64,000 bases of DNA, taken from positions 1,486,699 through 1,550,698 of the forward strand of contig JAWQFM010000003.1 in assembly GCA_033442325.1 (NCBI GenBank), in the 5' to 3' direction. A program made the translations under genes and the position numbers. The DNA comes from Salpingoeca rosetta (taxonomy: Eukaryota; Protista; Choanoflagellata). The notes under the pieces were generated by a model. The model was given only the letters and a program-made list of their open reading frames with translations. It was not told where the DNA came from and made no database searches. Of the stretch, positions 55,335 to 64,000 are shown in pieces; within the stretch, counting starts at the first letter, position 1, and each line of letters opens with the position of its first letter.

Positions 55335-57074
55335 ATGGCCCACCGACAGATGAGCAAGAAGCGCCAGGTTGGTTTGTATCGATGGTCGTGTGTGTGTGGC
55401 TGAACGTGAGTGTGTATGCCACGTTTGGATTGGTTGTAACGATTGTCACTGCCTCTTCGCGCGTGTTTGCCCACAACGCCACGCAGGCATGTCTTTTTCT
55501 TTCCCCTCCCTCCCTCACACACACACACATACATGTTCATGCTCACATTGTCTTATTCTCTCTCCACTTTTAGTTCGTCGCTGATGGCGTCTTCAAGTCT
55601 GAGCTGAACGAGTTCCTCCAGCGCTCCCTTGGCGAGCAGGGGTGAGTCAGTCGCTCGTGCTGTGCTGTGCTGTTCTTTGAATTGCGCGTACTGTGCTGTG
55701 CTGTTGTTTGAATCGCGCCTTTTGGACCTTATGCACACAAGCGCAAGGACACGCACGCACGCACACCTTCCTCTTCCCTACTTGTCTCACACGCACACGC
55801 ACGCACGCACGCACACATCAGCTACGCCGGTGTTGAGGTGCGCAAGACCCCCAACCGTACCGAGATCATCATCCTCGCCACCCGCACCCAGGAGGTTCTC
55901 GGCGAGAAGGGCCGCCGCATTCGTGAGCTGACCGGCCTCGTCAAGAAGCGCTTCGGCTTCAAGGACAACGTCGAGCTCTTCGCAGAGAAGGTCGCCAACC
56001 GCGGCCTCTGCGCCATGGCACAGTGCGAGAGCCTCCGGTACAAGCTGCTCGGAGGTCTTGCCGTCCGCCGGTGAGTCGCAGCAACACAAGCCTGTTCCTG
56101 GTGTGTGCTGTACGTGTCTTTGCGCGGTTGTTCCTTTGCTGTCGCGCACGCCTGTGTGTATTGTGTCGCATCTTGGCGGAAAAGAAAGGATGCGCCGCTG
56201 CAACATGCTGAAAAAGTCCGCTTGTTCCCTGACTTGACATGCCCTTGTCTCTCCTTTCTTGCAGTGCCTGCTACGGTGTGCTCCGCCTTGTTATGGAGAG
56301 CGGTGCCAAGGGTTGCGAGGTCATCATCTCTGGCAAGCTGCGTGCCCAGCGTGCCAAGAGCATGAAGTTTAACGACGGTTTCATGATCTCTGCTGGTCAC
56401 CCCACCCGCGTTAGTCCCACAGCCCTGCCATATGCTGTTTTGTTGAGATGCAGTGTGTTGTTTGACGGCCGGAAAGGGAATGGGAATGCTGAGGGAGAAA
56501 GAGAGAGAGAGAACGCGCGCATGCGCTGCAGCTGATCCTGGCTTCTCGCGCTTGTGGTTACGTTGTCCTGCTTTTATTGGCATTGACTTGTGTGCGTCAC
56601 CGCTGTGTGATCAATCTTGTTGAGCTCACCCTGCTCCTTTGCCGTTTTTACATTATGGTTAATGTTGGATGTGCAGGACTACATCGACACTGCCGTCCGC
56701 CACGTTCTTCTGCGTCAGGGTGTGCTTGGTATCAAGGTCAAGATTATGCGGCCATACGACCCCACTGGCAGGAACGGCCCCTCGACTGTTCTGCCCGATA
56801 CGGTGCGTCCTCTTGCGCTGTGCGCGCGCGCTTGTCTGTGCGTCAGTTTGTGACTGGTGCTTGTTGCTGCTGCAATGTTGCTGTGACTGTTGGGTGTCTC
56901 AACGAAGCTCCGCTTCCTTTGTCTCATCAATCACACCCCGTACTCACATGCAAACCAACCCCCACCTTCTCCTCTTTCTTGCGATAACAGCTTGAGATCC
57001 GTGAGCCTAAGGAGGAGGATGTGCCAGAGAAGCCCTACGTGCAGCGCCTCGATGAGGTCCCCGCCACAGCTTAA
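55335..57074 (+). CDS. RPS3: 40S ribosomal protein S3 / uS3 (6 exons)
   Basis: MSKKRQ|[77 protein letters not shown] and [17 protein letters not shown]. Confidence 0.99.
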
Positions 57075-57409
57075 GCGCTGTGCTGCGCTGTCGTCGGTCG
57101 TTGTGTCTTCCCCTCTGTGTGCCTCCCTTTTCCGTTTGATCGCGTGTTGAAAATGAACTGAAACACGAACGTGCAAGACAGGCACAGGACGGAAACGAAG
57201 CCGGGGGAGGAGGTCGGTTGAGGGAGGGAGACAGCCAGCACTGAACAAGTGCGACAGCCAGCTTGGACATGTGGACAGAAGCAACGTCATCCACACAACA
57301 CAAGAAGGCACACAAATCATTACGAACGAAAAAACACACACACAAACAAAACTGACGACAACGTTATGTTACATACGTGCAACACACGACACAGACAACA
57401 AGAGAGATT

Positions 57410-58964
57410 ATGCGCTTGGTACTTCGAGGCCCAACAGGGCAGGATGTGGTGCTTGAGCTGGACGCGGAGCTGCCGTTCATGATGCTCAAGGCGCTTGCGG
57501 AGGAAGACATTGGCGTGAGCGCGGGAGAGATGGTGATTTCCAAAGGCACACAGCAGCTGAGCGGGGACGAGGTGTCGTTGCAGGAGATGGGCCTCAAGGA
57601 CGGCGACGTGCTCACCGTCAGCACGACGGAGATCCAGAGCTTGCTGCAGGGCCTGAGCCAGGTCAAGGCGCCCAAGTCCAAGCTGCGGCAGTCCGCGGAG
57701 GAGCTGGTGGCCAGCATGACAGACAACCCGTACGCGCTGTCGCTGCTGAAACAGAACAACCCAAAGCTGGCCGAGGCCGTCGAGAAGCGTGACTGGGCCT
57801 CCATGGAGCAGCAGCTCAAGGAGCTCAACGAGGCGCGCCGCCGGCGCGAGCAGGAGATGGAGCGCCATCGCCGCGCGCTCGAGGCAAACCCGTTCGACAT
57901 GGAGGCGCAGCGCATGATTGAGGAGCAGATTCAGCTGGAGAACGTGGAGCGCGCCAGGCAGGACGCCCTGGAGTTTATGCCAGAGGCCTTTGGCAGCGTG
58001 GTCATGCTGTACATCAACGTCAAGGTAAACGGCGTGCCGCTCAAGGCCTTTGTCGACAGTGGAGCGCAGATGACCATCATGAGCGGCGCGTGTGCGGAGC
58101 GCTGCGGGCTCATGCGCCTGGTGGACCGCCGGTTCCAGGGTATGGCTGTCGGTGTCGGCCAGCAGAAGATCATTGGCCGGGTGCACATGGCGCAGATTGA
58201 GATTGGCGGCGACCACCTCCCCGTGTCCTTCTCCGTGCTGGAGAACCAGCCCATGGACATCCTGCTTGGCCTGGACATGCTGAAGCGGCACCAGTGCATC
58301 ATCGACCTGCAGCAGAACCGCCTCGTCATTGGCTCCTCCGGCAACTCCACCCCGTTCCTCTCCGAGGCCGAGATTCCAAAGTCCGACCGCGAGGACCGCT
58401 TGAAGCAGCAGCTCCAGGGTCAACAGCAGGGGCAGCAACAGGGCCAGCAGCAACACACGCAGTCGTCGTCATCATCATCAGGTGTGTGTATGTATGCATG
58501 TATGCATGTATGTGTGTATGTGTGCATGTATGTGTGTATGTATGCATGTATGTATGTAAGTATGTATGTATGTATGTATGTATGTATGTATGTATGTATG
58601 TATGTATGTATGTATGTATGTATGTATGTGTGTATGTATGTGTGTATGTATGTATGTATGTGTGTATGTATGTGTGTATGTATGTATGTATGTATGTATG
58701 TATGTATCTGTCTCTCCGTCTCTCTGTTTACTTGTGTTGTTCCCCACTCTCCAACTCTCACCCGTAAACTCCTCCCCCCCCCCTTGCAACCGCCCAGCGA
58801 CGGGACAACAAGGCGCGAGCGCACCCAAGTACTCTGACGACGACGTTGCGCAGCTGATGGCGCTGGGCGACTTTACAAACGAGCAGGTTGTCCACGCCTT
58901 GCGTATGACAGACGGCAACGTGGAGCTGGCTGCGCAGTTCCTGATGCAGCAGGCCTTCTCCTGA
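57410..58964 (+). CDS. DDI1: DNA damage-inducible 1 aspartic protease (UBL-HDD-RVP-UBA; 2 exons)
   Basis: ANPFDMEAQRMIEEQI, PEAFGSVVMLYINVKVNGVPLKAFVDSGAQMTIMS and LLGLDMLKRHQC; the second exon encodes a UBA (VAQLMALGDFT...ALRMTDGNVELAAQFL). Confidence 0.97.
58482..58706. repeat. (TATG)n microsatellite in the DDI1 intron; similar tract at about 41416-41520
   Basis: Directly visible. Confidence 0.95.
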
Positions 58965-59509
58965 CGTGGCGTACTGTGACACACGCGCGGATGGCCGCGA
59001 CGTGCACAGGTGATGGTATTTGGCTGATGTTGACTGGGTGGATGTACACTGACACGTTGAAAGAACATGTGCAGTTTGCATGTACACTGACACGTTGATT
59101 ACGTTGATTGTGACTTGTATGGACTCGTGAGTGTTGCGTGCAGCAACACGTTTTGTTTGACCCTGTCTTTCACAGCACGCACCTTCTTGGTTCGTTTTGC
59201 TTTGTCCACTGCCAGCATGCACTCTTGCATTTATCATGCACCACAACAGTAAAAGAACCCACAGACAGTGAAAGGGTCGAAAACAAAGGGAGGCGAGCAA
59301 ATGCACCACAGTCAGCAAAAGGGAAGCAGCAACCAATGAAGGACGGCTACAAAGAAGACAAGCGAGGGCGAGGAGGAAGAAAAAACAGAGGAGCACATGG
59401 AACGCATGCAACGACCACGAACAAACGCAAACAAGCAAGGTCACACACACACACGCACGCACGCACACGCACACACACACACACGCACACGCACACGCAC
59501 ACGCACACG

Positions 59510-59563
<54 letters not shown>

Positions 59564-59609
59564 ATGCACTTGTCGATTGATTACGCAGCAGATACAAGCG
59601 GCAGCGCTG

Positions 59610-62982
<3,373 letters not shown>

Positions 62983-64000
62983 CCTTTTCCCTCAGAAGCG
63001 TGCGTTGGCACGTTCCACGATACCGCAACAGTCAAACACAAACAACAGACTCCACAACAGACAACGGACGGGTCCGTGGAACAAGGTGACAAGTCGTGAA
63101 GAAGGTGGGTGTTGTCGTTGGCCTGTGCTCCTTGTTGCTTTTTTACTTGGCTGCTGAGTGGACACGACTGAATTCAGGGTCTGTAGACTTGCCTGCGTTC
63201 AAATTTCGCGCCACGGTTCTTTGTTGTTCGCCACCCTCAATTCACTCGCCCAGTCTCGCGTAAGCAACTTCCCATTGTTTCGCTGCGCACCCACGCCTGT
63301 TGCTGCGCGACCCTACCTTCGCACACGAGCAACCGAGCCTTGCGGCCCAGCAACCGCACCAACCAAATCACAGTTGCACCAAGAGGCGGTGGGCGAGTCA
63401 AGTGTGCGGTGTGTGAAGAAGGCAAACTGCGCCACCCCCAGTGATCGGCGACCACACACACACCCCACCACATCAAGCAACGAGACTCGCAAGCAGCTCT
63501 TGTTGCCTGCCACAAGGTCCAATACAAGTGATACAAGCGATCCCCCCCCCCCACACACACACACACGCACACAGGGTGGATACACAGACACACACACACA
63601 CACACACACAGCCACGCAAACAAAACACACAACCAAACGGTGCGCGTGAGTGTGTGAGTGTGAGTGTGAGTGTGTGATCGGCCCCCACAGCACTCGCTGC
63701 ACCACGTCCCTGATAAAACACAAGTAAGAAAGGTGTGGTGCGTGCAGTTGTGTGAATCTGTGTGTGTGTGTGTGTGCAGTTGCGTGATATGCAGTGCCGA
63801 ATGTTTGATTGTCGTGGTGCTTGCTACATTTGACATGCGCGATGTGACAGACGTTGTCGTTGACTCGCCTACTTGCTGTCTTGCTTACTTGCCGCCCTAC
63901 TTCTTTCTTCCTTGCCTGCTTGCTTGACCGTTGCTTTGACCGTCGTGGTTTGACCGTTGATTCACCCCAGCCAGCAGTTGTACTCACAGCCAAAGCACAC

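Noticed and set aside
56071-56676. snoRNA (U15-like) in RPS3 introns, as in vertebrates
   Set aside because: No convincing box C (RTGATGA)/box D pair with a terminal stem, and no H/ACA layout, was seen by eye.
63360-63445. CxxC peptide (RVKCAVCEEGKLRHPQ) on the + strand
   Set aside because: It is short, lacks a supportable start or exon chain, and lies in a probable promoter or UTR region.

Overview
Gene-dense, intron-rich eukaryotic DNA whose introns are filled with (CA/TG)n, (TATG)n and (AAC)n microsatellites. Style and gene content suggest a choanoflagellate such as Salpingoeca rosetta (inference). About 17 spliced or single-exon genes were reconstructed by hand: a CFAP20DC-tail protein, NLE1, a PPR-like protein, TRMT2, MAEA, eIF5B, COMMD7, a GTF3C2-like protein with zinc fingers, NDUFB11, a TMC channel, a purple acid phosphatase, a truncated UBE2H, a lone-PH protein, NOL8, RPS3, DDI1 and an XK-like membrane protein. 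There are two N gaps. Most ORF-track entries are microsatellite artefacts. The main leads are: an interlocked inverted-repeat (pseudoknot-like) element just upstream of NOL8; two recurring candidate promoter motifs (CTGAATTCAGT and GATAATTTA); an in-frame upstream presequence exon on TRMT2; a 340-bp foreign-looking intronic insert between duplicated microsatellite junctions; and a UBE2H/GALNT junction plus a duplicated phosphatase exon that look like misassembly.
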